Part shown: in pieces, positions 44,501-54,579 of the stretch | Layout: the number at the start of each line of letters is the position of its first letter | Position numbering within the stretch: the first letter of the stretch is position 1 | Notes under the pieces: model-generated | The model's input: only the letters and a program-made list of their open reading frames with translations | The model's database searches: none | What the model was told of the DNA's origin: nothing | Program-made: the position numbers and the translations under genes | NCBI GenBank assembly: GCA_050015635.1 | Contig: JBEKBA010000001.1 | Coordinates: forward strand, 18,676-82,675 | Direction of reading: 5' to 3' | Length of the DNA: 64,000 nucleotides | DNA from: Verrucomicrobiota bacterium | GTDB lineage: Bacteria > Verrucomicrobiota > Verrucomicrobiia > Limisphaerales > UBA11358

Positions 44501-45054
44501 TCGCGCTGCAATCCAATTGTCTCTTCTTTCAGCTCGCCAGCGGCGAAAGCGTGCCATGCTCCGCGGAAATGATTTCCATTGAACTCGTTGGCGACGCCAA
44601 TGGTTTTCTCGATCCCGAGATTTTGCGCCACGCCGCCGCATCCGTCTTTTACTATTTCAAAAACGAACTTGAACGCCAGACCGTTACCATTGGGGAATTC
44701 TCCCTCGCGCTGGAAAAGGCCCTGCGCAACCTCGGTCTGACCATCCGTGCGGGTGAATTCGGATCACGCTCGCAGGAAATCATCGAAACCGACCTCGGTC
44801 TGTTCACGTGCCAGTCCGACGGGAGCCTCGAACTTTTTTTCTTCCCGCGCCTGCGCGACGAACTCCGGGCCCAACTCCGCCAGTCGCCGCGTATGGTGCG
44901 CTTTCGCGGTTTGCGCGCCTGCGTCAAGGAACTTGCCGGCGCGCAACGCTGGAGCGCCCGTTGCGAAAAAATGCGGGATCAAATCGTCGGCTACCTCCGC
45001 GAATGTCTGACCGCCGAACTGGAACAAACCGATTGCGCGCTCGTTGTGGAATAA
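44497..45054 (+). CDS. hypothetical protein translationally coupled to nrdR
   Basis: ORF 44497..45054. Its ATG overlaps the nrdR stop (ATGA). I recognise no motif. Confidence 0.6.
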   Translation: MIALQSNCLFFQLASGESVPCSAEMISIELVGDANGFLDPEILRHAAASVFYYFKNELERQTVTIGEFSLALEKALRNLGLTIRAGEFGSRSQEIIETDLGLFTCQSDGSLELFFFPRLRDELRAQLRQSPRMVRFRGLRACVKELAGAQRWSARCEKMRDQIVGYLRECLTAELEQTDCALVVE

Positions 45055-45067
45055 GGAACGTTCGCGT

Positions 45068-45409
45068 ATGAGCAAAACCCTTTTTGAAAAAATTATCGCG
45101 CGCGAAATTCCGGCGGCAGTTGTCTATGAGGACGATTTGGTACTTGCCATCCACGACATAAATCCGCAAGCGCCCACACACGTTTTGATTTTTCCAAAAA
45201 AAGCAATTCCTCGAATTTCCGAAGCAAAAATTGAAGATGAAAAATTGTTGAGCCATTTGCTACTCAAAGCCGCCGAAGTCGCGAAGAAGCTGGACTTGAA
45301 AAACGGCTACCGGCTCGTTATCAACAGCGGCGCGTATGGCGGCGAAACCGTGCCGCACCTGCACGTCCACATTCTCGGCGGACGCCACATGGCCTGGCCG
45401 CCGGGCTGA
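45068..45409 (+). CDS. HIT-family (HinT-like) nucleotide hydrolase
   Basis: This is the ATG 45068 sub-ORF of 45044..45409. It has LFEKIIAREIPAAVVYEDD and the histidine triad HLHVHILGG. Confidence 0.9.
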   Translation: MSKTLFEKIIAREIPAAVVYEDDLVLAIHDINPQAPTHVLIFPKKAIPRISEAKIEDEKLLSHLLLKAAEVAKKLDLKNGYRLVINSGAYGGETVPHLHVHILGGRHMAWPPG

Positions 45410-45509
45410 ATCAACCAATTGAACTTATGGACAAACTTGAAATTCCTGAAATGGACAGTCTGGGTTTTGGATTCGGGTGTATTCAGCAACCGAATAACAT
45501 TTCATAACT

Positions 45510-46778
45510 TTATCTGACGAATTTTCGCAGCACCGCGCCGAGCCGCGCAATTCCTTTGCGGATATTTTCCTCGTTCGCGCTGCCGAAGCTGATGCGCATT
45601 TCGTTGTCCGGTTTTGCGCGCGATGGATCGTCAGCGTAGCAAAGTTCGCCGGGAACATAGAGCACATCGTTTTTAAATGCGGTCTGGAACACGTTTGATT
45701 TTACGCCGGTGGAAATTTTTTCCGGTAATCGCGCCCAGAAATAAAGTCCGCCGCCGGATTCCCAGATTTCCACATTCGACGGAAAATTTTCCGCGAGCGA
45801 CAGCTTCATCACGCGCGCCTTGTGCGCGTATCGCTTTTGCAATCGCGCGACGTGTTGATCGTAAATTCCCGTCGCCAGCGCGCGGGACACGAGTTGCTGC
45901 AACAGATTTGACGTGCCGAAATCGTGATTACCCTTGATTCGCTTGACCGCCGTGAACAGCGGTTCAGGCAGAATGCCAAAGCCCACGCGCGCGCCGGTCG
46001 CGAACGGTTTGGTGTAAGTGCCGGTGTAAATCACGCGTTCCACCGCGCCGCCGGTCGCGAGTGCGGAAGGAATATCCTTTCCAGTGAAACGCAGTTCGCG
46101 ATAGGCCGCGTCTTCAAGCAGATAAATCGGGTGTCCGGCGGCGCGCTCGAATTTTTTCAGTAGTTTTAACGCGGCTTGCTTTTTCTTGAAGCTGGTCGTG
46201 ACGCCGGTCGGATTTTGAAAATAGCTGACGAGGTAAAGCGATTTGACGCGGCGGAGTTGGCCGGATTTTTTCAGCCGTTCCAAAACGGATTCGAGATGCG
46301 CGAGATCAAGACCATCGCGTTCAAGCTTCACGCCGCGCGCGTGTAAACCATGACTTTGGAGAATGCTCAAGAAAACGAAATAGGTCGGGTCTTCCACGAG
46401 GATGATATCACCAGTGTCGCACAACGCTTCGAGGGTCATGTAAAGCAGTTGCTGCGAACCGCCGGTGATGAATGTGCGTCCGGTCGCGTAATTTTTCCCG
46501 CGTTTGCCGTCAAGTTTTTGCAGGTGTTGCGTGGTGAGCTGGCGCAAGGTTACGTCACCGGCGGTTGAGCCGTATTGCAACGCGGGCTGGCCGGTTTTAT
46601 TTGAATGCAGAATTGAATCCAGCAACGCACGCGTTTCGGCGACGGGCAACGAAGCGTTATCGGTGAATCCAGCGGCGAGCGAAATCAATTTGGGGCGCGA
46701 GAACGCAGCGGTCATCAGCCACGAAATTGGCGGTTCGACGATGCGCCGGCCCATTTTAGACAAAACCTGCAATTTCAT
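45510..46778 (-). CDS. PLP-dependent aminotransferase (class I/II fold)
   Basis: This is the ATG 46778 sub-ORF of 45510..46817. It has LISLAAGFTDNASLP, YLVSYFQNPTG and the Lys context YTGTYTKPFATGARVG. Substrate specificity cannot be called from the sequence. Confidence 0.8.
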   Translation of the reverse strand: MKLQVLSKMGRRIVEPPISWLMTAAFSRPKLISLAAGFTDNASLPVAETRALLDSILHSNKTGQPALQYGSTAGDVTLRQLTTQHLQKLDGKRGKNYATGRTFITGGSQQLLYMTLEALCDTGDIILVEDPTYFVFLSILQSHGLHARGVKLERDGLDLAHLESVLERLKKSGQLRRVKSLYLVSYFQNPTGVTTSFKKKQAALKLLKKFERAAGHPIYLLEDAAYRELRFTGKDIPSALATGGAVERVIYTGTYTKPFATGARVGFGILPEPLFTAVKRIKGNHDFGTSNLLQQLVSRALATGIYDQHVARLQKRYAHKARVMKLSLAENFPSNVEIWESGGGLYFWARLPEKISTGVKSNVFQTAFKNDVLYVPGELCYADDPSRAKPDNEMRISFGSANEENIRKGIARLGAVLRKFVR

Positions 46779-46843
46779 GTGAAAAGGACGACGATGATAA
46801 CCAAGGCGGAGCGACAATCAAGTTGCGTTTCGGCAATATCGGA

Positions 46844-47548
46844 TCAATGTCGCGCGTCGAAGACGCCATCGAGGATGGTTTCCTTGGTTTTCCAAATCAG
46901 CGCCATCGTCATGGCCAGGGGCAGTAGCGCGAGAAATGTCAGGCCCCAAAAGCTGAAGTGGTCGAGCCAGAGAAAAAGCGCGCCGATCCGGGCAGGCAGG
47001 CGCGAGTCATGGAGCAAAGCCACGTACACGCTGCCAAAAAATAAAAGCGCAACGACCAGCCAGCGGTTGAGCGCGGTGAATTGCCGGGTTTCGTGGCGCA
47101 GGGTTTCGTCGGGCAGCATCACGCCGAGTTGTTTTATCACGACGTTCAAGTTGAATAAAAACAGCAGCGCTGACAAAACGAGCACAAAAACCATCGCGTT
47201 GAAAAAAGCCTGTTCCGGCATTTTATTTTGCCAGTAGAGAAATGGGCAGAGGCCGAAATTAACGAGGCCGAGAAGTTTTGCACGGTCAAGCGCATTGCGC
47301 CAGGGGCGTTCCTGTTTTTGGAAATAGCTCATTTGCCGGAGTCCGAAAAGCAGCAAACCCGTCACGACGAGTGCGGGAATGATGCCGAGCGGTGAGAGCC
47401 AGTCGGCTTTTGTGGTTTCGGCACAAACGATGAGCGCGCCGGGCAATCCCCAGAAAAGCGCGGACAAACCGCGCGCAAGTTTGCCGAGCGAGCGGAGCAA
47501 TTCGGCTTCGCCCTGATTCCCGGCTTCCTGATTTTGCGTTTCGCTCAA
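46844..47548 (-). CDS. hypothetical polytopic membrane protein coupled to speA
   Basis: ORF 46844..47548. Its TTG start overlaps the speA stop (TTGA). It has about 6 hydrophobic segments and no motif I recognise. Confidence 0.6.
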   Translation of the reverse strand: MSETQNQEAGNQGEAELLRSLGKLARGLSALFWGLPGALIVCAETTKADWLSPLGIIPALVVTGLLLFGLRQMSYFQKQERPWRNALDRAKLLGLVNFGLCPFLYWQNKMPEQAFFNAMVFVLVLSALLFLFNLNVVIKQLGVMLPDETLRHETRQFTALNRWLVVALLFFGSVYVALLHDSRLPARIGALFLWLDHFSFWGLTFLALLPLAMTMALIWKTKETILDGVFDARH

Positions 47549-49491
47549 AACGAAAGATAGGTATAAGCCTTCAAGCCGCGCTCGTAATCGTCGAGCAGAC
47601 GCATGGCTTCGGACGGTTTCATGCGATCGGACTTGATGGCTTCGTCCATCTGCGCCTTCATCTGCCGCTTCAATTCATTTTCGTCGTATTGCACCGCTGC
47701 GAGCGATTGAATGATTGTGTTGCCCTCGATGATTTCCTCGATGTAATAGCCTGTTGGCTCGTCCGGTTCGAGAAAAACGTGAACTTCGTTGACGCGCCCG
47801 AATAAATTGTGCAGGTCACCCATGATATCCTGATACGCGCCCATCAGAAAAAATCCGATGAAATATGGTTCGTGTTTGCCATTGCCATTTCCGTTGCTGA
47901 GAAGTTGATGCAGCGGCAATGTGTCGCGCACGTCGCGCAAATCAATGAACTTGTTAACCTGTCCGTCGGAATCGCAAGTGATGTCCACGAGCGTAGCTTC
48001 ACGCGTGGGGCGTTCCGTCAAGCGGCTCACGGGCATGATGGGAAACAACTGGCCGAGCGCCCAGTGGTCGAGCAGCGATTGGAACACGGAAAAATTACAG
48101 AGATACTGATCGCTGAGACTATCTTCGAGTTTGCGAATTTCTTCGGGCACATAAGCCTGGCCGCGAAAACTTTGCACGACTTCCCGGCTGATTTCCCAAT
48201 AAAGATTTTCGATCTTCGCCTTGTCCGGCAAATCCAGAAGGCCCAACGCGAACATTTGTTGGGCGTCTTCCTTGCGTTCCTGCGCGTCGTGAAACGCTTC
48301 GAGCTTATTCGACTTGGTAAGATTTTTTTTGATGTCGAGCAATTCGCGGACGAGCGCGTGTTCGTTGTCGTCATATTCAAACGCAACCCCCGCCCGGATT
48401 TTTTCAATCGTGCCGAACACTTCGACAATTAATACACTGTGGTGCGCGACGATGGCGCGACCGCTTTCACTGATGATGTTCGGGTGCGGAACTTTCTCGG
48501 CGTTGCAAACGTCGGCGATGTAATACACCACGTCGTTCGTGTATTCCTGTAGCGTGTAATTCGTTGAGCTGTCGAAATTCGAGCGGCTGCCGTCGTAATC
48601 CACACCCAATCCGCCGCCCACGTCAACATGTTCAATCGAAAAGCCCATTTTATTCAGTTTTGCGTAAAAACGCGCGGCTTCCTGCACGGCTTTTTTCACT
48701 GTCAAAATATCCGGTACCTGTGAGCCGATGTGAAAATGCACCAGCTTCAAACAATGACCGAGATTTTCCGCCTTAAGCAATTCCGTCGCCGAGAGTAGTT
48801 CTACCGTGCTCAACCCGAACTTTGCATTTTCTCCGCCGCTCTCCGCCCATTTGCCAGCGCCTTTGCTCAACAATCGCGCACGAATGCCGATGAGTGGCTC
48901 GACCCCGAGTTGTCTTGAAACTGAAATGATGTGGCGTAGTTCCTCCAGTTTCTCGACGACCATGATGACTTTTTTGCCGAGCTTGATGCCGAGCAACGCC
49001 ATCTTGATGAACTCCGCGTCCTTGTAACCGTTGCAAATAATAAGACTGCCCATCTGATTTTGTAGCGCAAGGCCGGCAAATAATTCCGGCTTGCTGCCAA
49101 CTTCAAGTCCGAAATCGTAAGCCTTGCCTGCGTCGAGAATTTCCTCCACAACTTCGCGCAATTGGTTCACCTTGATCGGAAACACGCCGCGATATTTCCC
49201 CTGATAATTAAACTCCGTGATGGAATGGCGGAACGCCTGGTTGATCGCCTCGACGCGGTGTCGCAAAATATCCTGAAACCGGATCAGCAACGGAAATTTC
49301 AGTCCGCGCACCCTTGCTTCCTCGATGACATCCGTGATGTCCACCGTCGCGCCTGCGTCCTGCAACGGTTTGGCGACAACGTGCCCGGCCTCGTTGATGT
49401 CGAAATACTTCGCACCCCAGCACTGGATATTGTAAAGCGCGCGCGCCGCTTCGATGTCCCACGGTCGCGCCGCGTCATGTGAATTGCTCAT
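47545..49491 (-). CDS. speA: biosynthetic arginine decarboxylase
   Basis: This is the ATG 49491 sub-ORF of 47545..49818. It begins MSNSHDAARPWDIEAARALYNIQCWGAKYFDIN, has the PLP-Lys context GVFPIKVNQ, and contains HVDVGGGLGVDYDGS. The 109 upstream codons of the track ORF run antisense over the Nif3 gene and were rejected. Confidence 0.92.
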   Translation of the reverse strand: MSNSHDAARPWDIEAARALYNIQCWGAKYFDINEAGHVVAKPLQDAGATVDITDVIEEARVRGLKFPLLIRFQDILRHRVEAINQAFRHSITEFNYQGKYRGVFPIKVNQLREVVEEILDAGKAYDFGLEVGSKPELFAGLALQNQMGSLIICNGYKDAEFIKMALLGIKLGKKVIMVVEKLEELRHIISVSRQLGVEPLIGIRARLLSKGAGKWAESGGENAKFGLSTVELLSATELLKAENLGHCLKLVHFHIGSQVPDILTVKKAVQEAARFYAKLNKMGFSIEHVDVGGGLGVDYDGSRSNFDSSTNYTLQEYTNDVVYYIADVCNAEKVPHPNIISESGRAIVAHHSVLIVEVFGTIEKIRAGVAFEYDDNEHALVRELLDIKKNLTKSNKLEAFHDAQERKEDAQQMFALGLLDLPDKAKIENLYWEISREVVQSFRGQAYVPEEIRKLEDSLSDQYLCNFSVFQSLLDHWALGQLFPIMPVSRLTERPTREATLVDITCDSDGQVNKFIDLRDVRDTLPLHQLLSNGNGNGKHEPYFIGFFLMGAYQDIMGDLHNLFGRVNEVHVFLEPDEPTGYYIEEIIEGNTIIQSLAAVQYDENELKRQMKAQMDEAIKSDRMKPSEAMRLLDDYERGLKAYTYLSF

Positions 49492-49611
49492 CTCGGTGAA
49501 TTCAAACGAGCGAACTATAAAAGCCTGCGCGCAGAAATCAACAAACGGAATGAAAAATTTTCGAGACGCTTCGGACTTTGCAGTTGGGGCGAAATTTGTT
49601 TTCATCACGCC

Positions 49612-50373
49612 ATGCCGAAAGTTTCGCTCGCTGTCATCGTCAAATATTGCGACCAACTGCTTCGCACGAAGGCAATCGACGATTACGATGGTGCGGTCAA
49701 TGGTTTGCAGGCGGAAAATCGGGGAATGGTCGGCCGCATCGCCGCCACAGTGGACGCGAGCCTCGCCACCGTAAAACTCGCCGTCGCCGCCAAAGTGGAT
49801 TTGATGATTGTGCATCACGGATTATTTTGGAGTGTGCGCCAGCCGTGGACGGGAAAAAATCACGAACTGTTGCGGTTGCTGATTGAAAACAACATCGCCA
49901 TTTACAGTTCGCACCTGCCGCTCGACCTACATCCGAAACTTGGCAACAATGCACAACTTTGTTCCGCGCTTGGTTTGAAAAATCTGCGATCGTTCTTTAC
50001 CACCCACGGTCAGCCGATTGGCTTTCAAACCCGCGCCAAAATTTCCCGTGCTGAACTTGCCGCCAGACTCACGCGCGTGACCGGCGCGAAACCGCGCCTT
50101 ATTCCCGGGGGCAGGGAAATTTGCGAGCGCATCGGTGTTGTGACTGGCGGCGCGGGCGGCGAATTAAAACAGGCGGTTGCCGAAGGTGTCGATACCTTCA
50201 TCACCGGCGAAGGTTCGCATTGGACTTATGGACTGGCGGAGGAACTTGGCCTGAATGTTTTTTATGGAGGCCATTACGCGACGGAAACCTTCGGCGTGAA
50301 AGCGCTGGCGGCGCATCTTTCCCAAAAATTCAAAGTGCCATGGACGTTCATTGATCATCCCACCGGCTTGTGA
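49612..50373 (+). CDS. Nif3-like dinuclear metal centre protein (GTP cyclohydrolase 1 type 2 homologue)
   Basis: ORF 49612..50373, with DLMIVHHGLFW, AIYSSHLPLD, FITGEGSHW and GHYATE. Confidence 0.85.
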   Translation: MPKVSLAVIVKYCDQLLRTKAIDDYDGAVNGLQAENRGMVGRIAATVDASLATVKLAVAAKVDLMIVHHGLFWSVRQPWTGKNHELLRLLIENNIAIYSSHLPLDLHPKLGNNAQLCSALGLKNLRSFFTTHGQPIGFQTRAKISRAELAARLTRVTGAKPRLIPGGREICERIGVVTGGAGGELKQAVAEGVDTFITGEGSHWTYGLAEELGLNVFYGGHYATETFGVKALAAHLSQKFKVPWTFIDHPTGL

Positions 50374-50375
50374 AT

Positions 50376-53075
50376 TCATCGTGTCCGCCGCTTTAAAAAA
50401 ACCAGCAAGCCGCATCCTGTGGCCCAGGCCGCGTAGGTGACGTAGAGCGAGACGCTCGGAAGTTCGAATTCAAATTCCACGGTGTGCGCGCCGGATGTGA
50501 GATAAACACCGCGCATGATAAAGTTGCAGCGCAGAAGTTCCGCCGGTTTGCCGTCCACGGTCACCCGCCAGTTTGGGTCGAATTTGTCGTTAAGCAGGAG
50601 CACCGATGGCGCGTCGTCCTTGGTGTCGAACACAATGTCTTTCGGCGCATAGCTTTTGAATTCAACCGTGCCGGAATTTTCATTGGTCGTGTTGACCGGC
50701 GGCGGCAGATTCGTGGAGACCAAAACGATTTTTGCCGGATCAAAAGTTGTGGTGGCCAGCGTTTTAAGTGTGACGTCGTCGTTGGTGCTGACTTCCCAAT
50801 CGGAATATAATCCTGCCCGCGGCAGCGCCCCGGTGAATTCAAAGAGCGCGTAGTTGCCGTTGTCGCTTGGAACGGTGGTCAATTCTTCAAGTTTCGTCGG
50901 CTGTCCGATTCCCGGTTTAGGCGCGACATCGAATCGTTGAACGATGCGGAAACGATGTTGCGCCGGGTCAAGTTGTTCGTTCAACGTGTCAAGAAAACCG
51001 GCGGGGCCGAGCAGGTAACGCGTGTTGGTCAATTGCCATTTGCGCGCAATGAGGTAAAGTGTTTCAGGTGTGTTCCGAAAAGCGAGCGCAGTTTCGTAAG
51101 CTTCCAAATCCACGGGCATCCGCGACATCTGGATGATGTCGAGCGACTGGATGTTGTAATACGGAAAATGATGCTGCGCCCATTCAATCCTGTAGAGATT
51201 TTCAAACAACGCAAATTGCTGCGGAAAATTAAATGGTAATATGGCGACACGATGTTCGTAGGGTTCGTCGCGCAGAAAGTTAATGATCGGGTTGGTTGAA
51301 TTGGCCCGATCAGCCGGATCAATATCATATTTTTGTATGTAATTCCAGTGAACAATCCACGGCAGATCCGCGCGGCCCAAATCCAGAATGAGCAGCGCAC
51401 CGAGAAAAATTCCACCCCATTTGGCGCGGCGTCCTGAAAAAACACCCGCGAGAACAAGCGTCAAAAGTCCTCCAGCCAGCGTGAAAAACAAAATAAACCA
51501 TCCAACTTGGCCGATGCTGAACGCGGCGATTTGTTTCGCCAGGGTTTCATCGAACCCGACGGTTTGCAGGTAGTCGGTGAGCGCCGGCTTTTGCGACCCG
51601 TAAATCAGCCAGACGAGCAAGCTACCGAAGAAAATTAAGACGCAGCCGGAAATCCAGTTGCGGTCGAAGCCGCGAACTTTAGCCCACCAGTTTTTGAGTT
51701 GTGCCGCCAGTGAAGTTGGGTTGCCCGCGGCGACTTCGAAATAACGCCGGCTCAAACCATGAATGCCATAGGCAAAAATAATGACGAGCGCCCAGGTAAA
51801 AATGAAAAGAAATTTGTTCGGATCCCGGATTGAGGAAAAATAAGGCAGTTTGTAAATAAGCGCGTAGAAAGGCGCATACCGGCCAAACCCCAGCAACAAG
51901 CAAACGACGAGCACGGCTGTCCAAAACCAGATGAAACGCCGGTGCGTTTCGGAAAAGACTGAAGCTTGGCGGCGCAGCGATTGGGCAATTGACCAAAGAG
52001 CAATCAAAATAACCAGAGTGCCGGCGTAATAGCCATCACCGGAAAATCGCATGGTTCCAAGTGGCGGTGAGCCTTGTTTTCCGCCCGCGAAGAAGCGATC
52101 CCAAGCCGGATCACGGCCGATGGCACCCCAATAAACGCCGCCCTTGTAAAAATTTTGCAAATAATCGGGTATATTGTTTGGGGTATCCATCCGATAACCA
52201 ACCAATCCCGGCACGAGGATTCCAAGCGTTTCAATTTTTGGAAAACTCCATTGCGTGGCAAAGTCCCAATGCTCCGCTTTGGTCGTTGCATCCTGCTGGG
52301 TGCCAGCGATGCCTTGGATGTTGGTGCTTACCAAAGTCAAGACGGTTTGTAGGGCGATGAATCCCGCAAACACGGCAACTATTGCGACCCGCGCGATGCC
52401 GCGGCTGATTTTTTTTAGAACCGAAACGTTTTCTTCCGTCAGCGCCTTGTAAAAAACAAAGGCGGCGACGAACAGACTGGAGATCGCGCCAACGTCAGCG
52501 GCTTCCATCACATTGATGCCGACGGCGAGCCCGGCCAGCGCCAGCCGTGTCCAACGAATGAGCGTAGGAATTTCCGGCGAGTTGGAGACTATCAGGCCCA
52601 ATGCAAAAAAATCCATGCCGAAGGCGATTTGACGCGAAGCAAAACCCCAACAGGCGTCCGAGAGGAATAAGGAATTCAGCGCGGCAGCCAATCCCCCCAA
52701 CACCGTCGCCAGAGGTGATAATTTTAGTTGTCTTAAAAAAAAACAGGTGCCGAGTCCCAAAATGAACAACGCGATGGGTGCAAAAAACTTCGCTCTACCA
52801 AGCGGCCCTAAAGCCCACCCGATGAACAAGCTCAAATCCACTGAGGCTGCGCCCGCCTTGGAACCGATGCTGTTGAGATCGGCCCAGGCTCCGGTCAAGT
52901 TTTTGTGTGCCTGAGCCCATGCGGCGTTTTGCTGTCCGAGCGGGCCATCGTTGGAGAAGAGAACGAAATCATGAAGAAAACTTTTGCAGAAGAATCCAGA
53001 TAAAATCACGGCCAGCAGCACGGCAAAGAAAATCCGGTTGGATGAAATGGCGGTGGTTGGTTTTGCGGCTTTCAT
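50376..53075 (-). CDS. YfhO-family polytopic membrane protein (putative GT-C glycosyltransferase)
   Basis: ORF 50376..53075 (899 aa). Many TM helices precede a C-terminal soluble region ending DPNWRVTVDGKPAELLRCNFIMRGVYLTSGAHTVEFEF plus a final TM, a pattern I associate with YfhO. Confidence 0.65.
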   Translation of the reverse strand: MKAAKPTTAISSNRIFFAVLLAVILSGFFCKSFLHDFVLFSNDGPLGQQNAAWAQAHKNLTGAWADLNSIGSKAGAASVDLSLFIGWALGPLGRAKFFAPIALFILGLGTCFFLRQLKLSPLATVLGGLAAALNSLFLSDACWGFASRQIAFGMDFFALGLIVSNSPEIPTLIRWTRLALAGLAVGINVMEAADVGAISSLFVAAFVFYKALTEENVSVLKKISRGIARVAIVAVFAGFIALQTVLTLVSTNIQGIAGTQQDATTKAEHWDFATQWSFPKIETLGILVPGLVGYRMDTPNNIPDYLQNFYKGGVYWGAIGRDPAWDRFFAGGKQGSPPLGTMRFSGDGYYAGTLVILIALWSIAQSLRRQASVFSETHRRFIWFWTAVLVVCLLLGFGRYAPFYALIYKLPYFSSIRDPNKFLFIFTWALVIIFAYGIHGLSRRYFEVAAGNPTSLAAQLKNWWAKVRGFDRNWISGCVLIFFGSLLVWLIYGSQKPALTDYLQTVGFDETLAKQIAAFSIGQVGWFILFFTLAGGLLTLVLAGVFSGRRAKWGGIFLGALLILDLGRADLPWIVHWNYIQKYDIDPADRANSTNPIINFLRDEPYEHRVAILPFNFPQQFALFENLYRIEWAQHHFPYYNIQSLDIIQMSRMPVDLEAYETALAFRNTPETLYLIARKWQLTNTRYLLGPAGFLDTLNEQLDPAQHRFRIVQRFDVAPKPGIGQPTKLEELTTVPSDNGNYALFEFTGALPRAGLYSDWEVSTNDDVTLKTLATTTFDPAKIVLVSTNLPPPVNTTNENSGTVEFKSYAPKDIVFDTKDDAPSVLLLNDKFDPNWRVTVDGKPAELLRCNFIMRGVYLTSGAHTVEFEFELPSVSLYVTYAAWATGCGLLVFLKRRTR

Positions 53076-53482
53076 AAAAAATGGCGGACGGTTTAAAAGG
53101 CAAATTTCAAACTGTTAATTGCACGACCAATGAATGTCAAGATTGGCCCGGCTTATTGCTTGGTATCGGTATGAGTGCAGCGTCTTTCAAGTTTGAAAGG
53201 CGGTTGAATAAGTTGCGTGTAGGAATGCAGTCTTTTGTTTATTTGCTCATTCCGTTTGTTGGGCTTTTGGCTGCCCATCTTGCACCGGTTTTGTTGGCGT
53301 TGATTATTTTTGGATGCAAATGATTTGCCCAACACCATGCCGGACTCAAAATAATTTCTAACTGAGCCACTACCAGTTAAATTTCAAGATGGTGTCGTGG
53401 TTTGAACCGGCGGCCATCAAAACTGCATGATTGTTGTCAGAAAAATCTCGCCGCGCAATAACTCAATCATTAAGCTTTCCGC

Positions 53483-54490
53483 ATGAATTCACAAGTTTTG
53501 GTGACCGGGGCAGCGGGCTTTATCGGTTCTCATGTCAGTGCGCATTTGATTAAATCCGGTCACACAGTGATTGGACTTGACGATTTAAGCGGCGGCTTCC
53601 GCGACCATGTGCCGGCGGGTGTGAAATTTGTCGAAGGATCAATCACTGATATTGCGCTTGTACAAAATCTTTTCGCCGATTGCCATTTTGAATATGTTTT
53701 CCATCTTGCCGCTTATGCTGCCGAAGGCTTGAGCCATTTCATCAAGCATTTCAATTACACGAATAATCTGCTCGGCAGCGTCAACCTCATCAACGCCGCG
53801 GTGAACCATGATGTGAAGTGCTTCGTGTTCACTTCTTCCATCGCGGTTTATGGGAAAAATCAATTGCCGATGATCGAGGACGCCGTGCCACAACCGGAAG
53901 ACCCTTACGGCATCGCCAAATACGCAGTCGAACTGGATTTGAAGGAAGCGCACGAAATGTTCGGACTGAACCACGTCATTTTCCGTCCGCACAACGTTTA
54001 TGGTGAGAACCAGAATCTCGGCGACCGTTATCGAAACGTCATCGGCATTTTCATGAACCAAATCATGCAAGGCCAGCCGATGACGATTTTTGGTGACGGC
54101 AAACAGACGCGCGCGTTCAGTTACATTGACGACGTTGCGCCGGTGATTGCCGCCAGTATTGCGCGCCCGAAAAGTTATAATCAAATTTTTAACGTCGGCG
54201 CGGACAAACCTTATTCCGTCAACGAACTTGCAACCGTCGTTGCAAAAGCAATGGGCGCTAAGCCGGACCTTAAGTTCCTCGATGCACGTAACGAGGTCGT
54301 CCACGCTTATTCCGCGCATGAGAAAGTGCAAAAATATTTCGGCGATTTGATAAAAAATGTTTCGCTCGAAGAAGGCGTGGCCAAAATGGCTGTGTGGGCG
54401 AAAAAAACCGGTGCGCGACAAGGCAAACCGTTTGAGGGAATCGAAGTCCGCAAAAATCTCCCGGCATCCTGGACGGCGCTGATAGGTTAA
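53483..54490 (+). CDS. NAD-dependent epimerase/dehydratase (UDP-sugar 4-epimerase-like)
   Basis: ORF 53483..54490, with the Rossmann motif VLVTGAAGFIGSH and the catalytic YGIAKYA (YxxxK). Confidence 0.88.
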   Translation: MNSQVLVTGAAGFIGSHVSAHLIKSGHTVIGLDDLSGGFRDHVPAGVKFVEGSITDIALVQNLFADCHFEYVFHLAAYAAEGLSHFIKHFNYTNNLLGSVNLINAAVNHDVKCFVFTSSIAVYGKNQLPMIEDAVPQPEDPYGIAKYAVELDLKEAHEMFGLNHVIFRPHNVYGENQNLGDRYRNVIGIFMNQIMQGQPMTIFGDGKQTRAFSYIDDVAPVIAASIARPKSYNQIFNVGADKPYSVNELATVVAKAMGAKPDLKFLDARNEVVHAYSAHEKVQKYFGDLIKNVSLEEGVAKMAVWAKKTGARQGKPFEGIEVRKNLPASWTALIG

Positions 54491-54579
54491 TCTGGATTGA
54501 AAGTCGCGCATTGCCTCCTCACAGTCCGTGTCAATAATAGGACAAACCGGTCTTGTTTCCACCGGGTCGAGCGGTTTAA

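Noticed and set aside
49492-49818. Long N-terminal extensions in the maximal ORF-track models. Examples are speA to 49818, TMTC-like to 31031, murJ to 39336, tyrS from 39200, the membrane protein to 57282, the GT-like gene to 59497, and nrdR, efp, tatC, fabG, acpP and lptE.
   Set aside because: The extensions overlap neighbouring genes or promoters, translate repeats (the murJ/tyrS region), or precede the canonical family N-terminus. Internal ATG/GTG starts fit homologue N-termini, 4-nt overlaps, or the recurrent -10 spacing.
53225-53323. A 32-codon hydrophobic micro-ORF (MQSFVYLLIPFVGLLAAHLAPVLLALIIFGCK) in the AT-rich spacer upstream of the epimerase gene. A similar 38-codon signal-peptide-like ORF lies at 8507..8623.
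   Set aside because: I could find no supporting promoter geometry, coupling or conservation for either. Hydrophobic micro-ORFs arise easily in T-rich spacers, so neither is reported as a feature.
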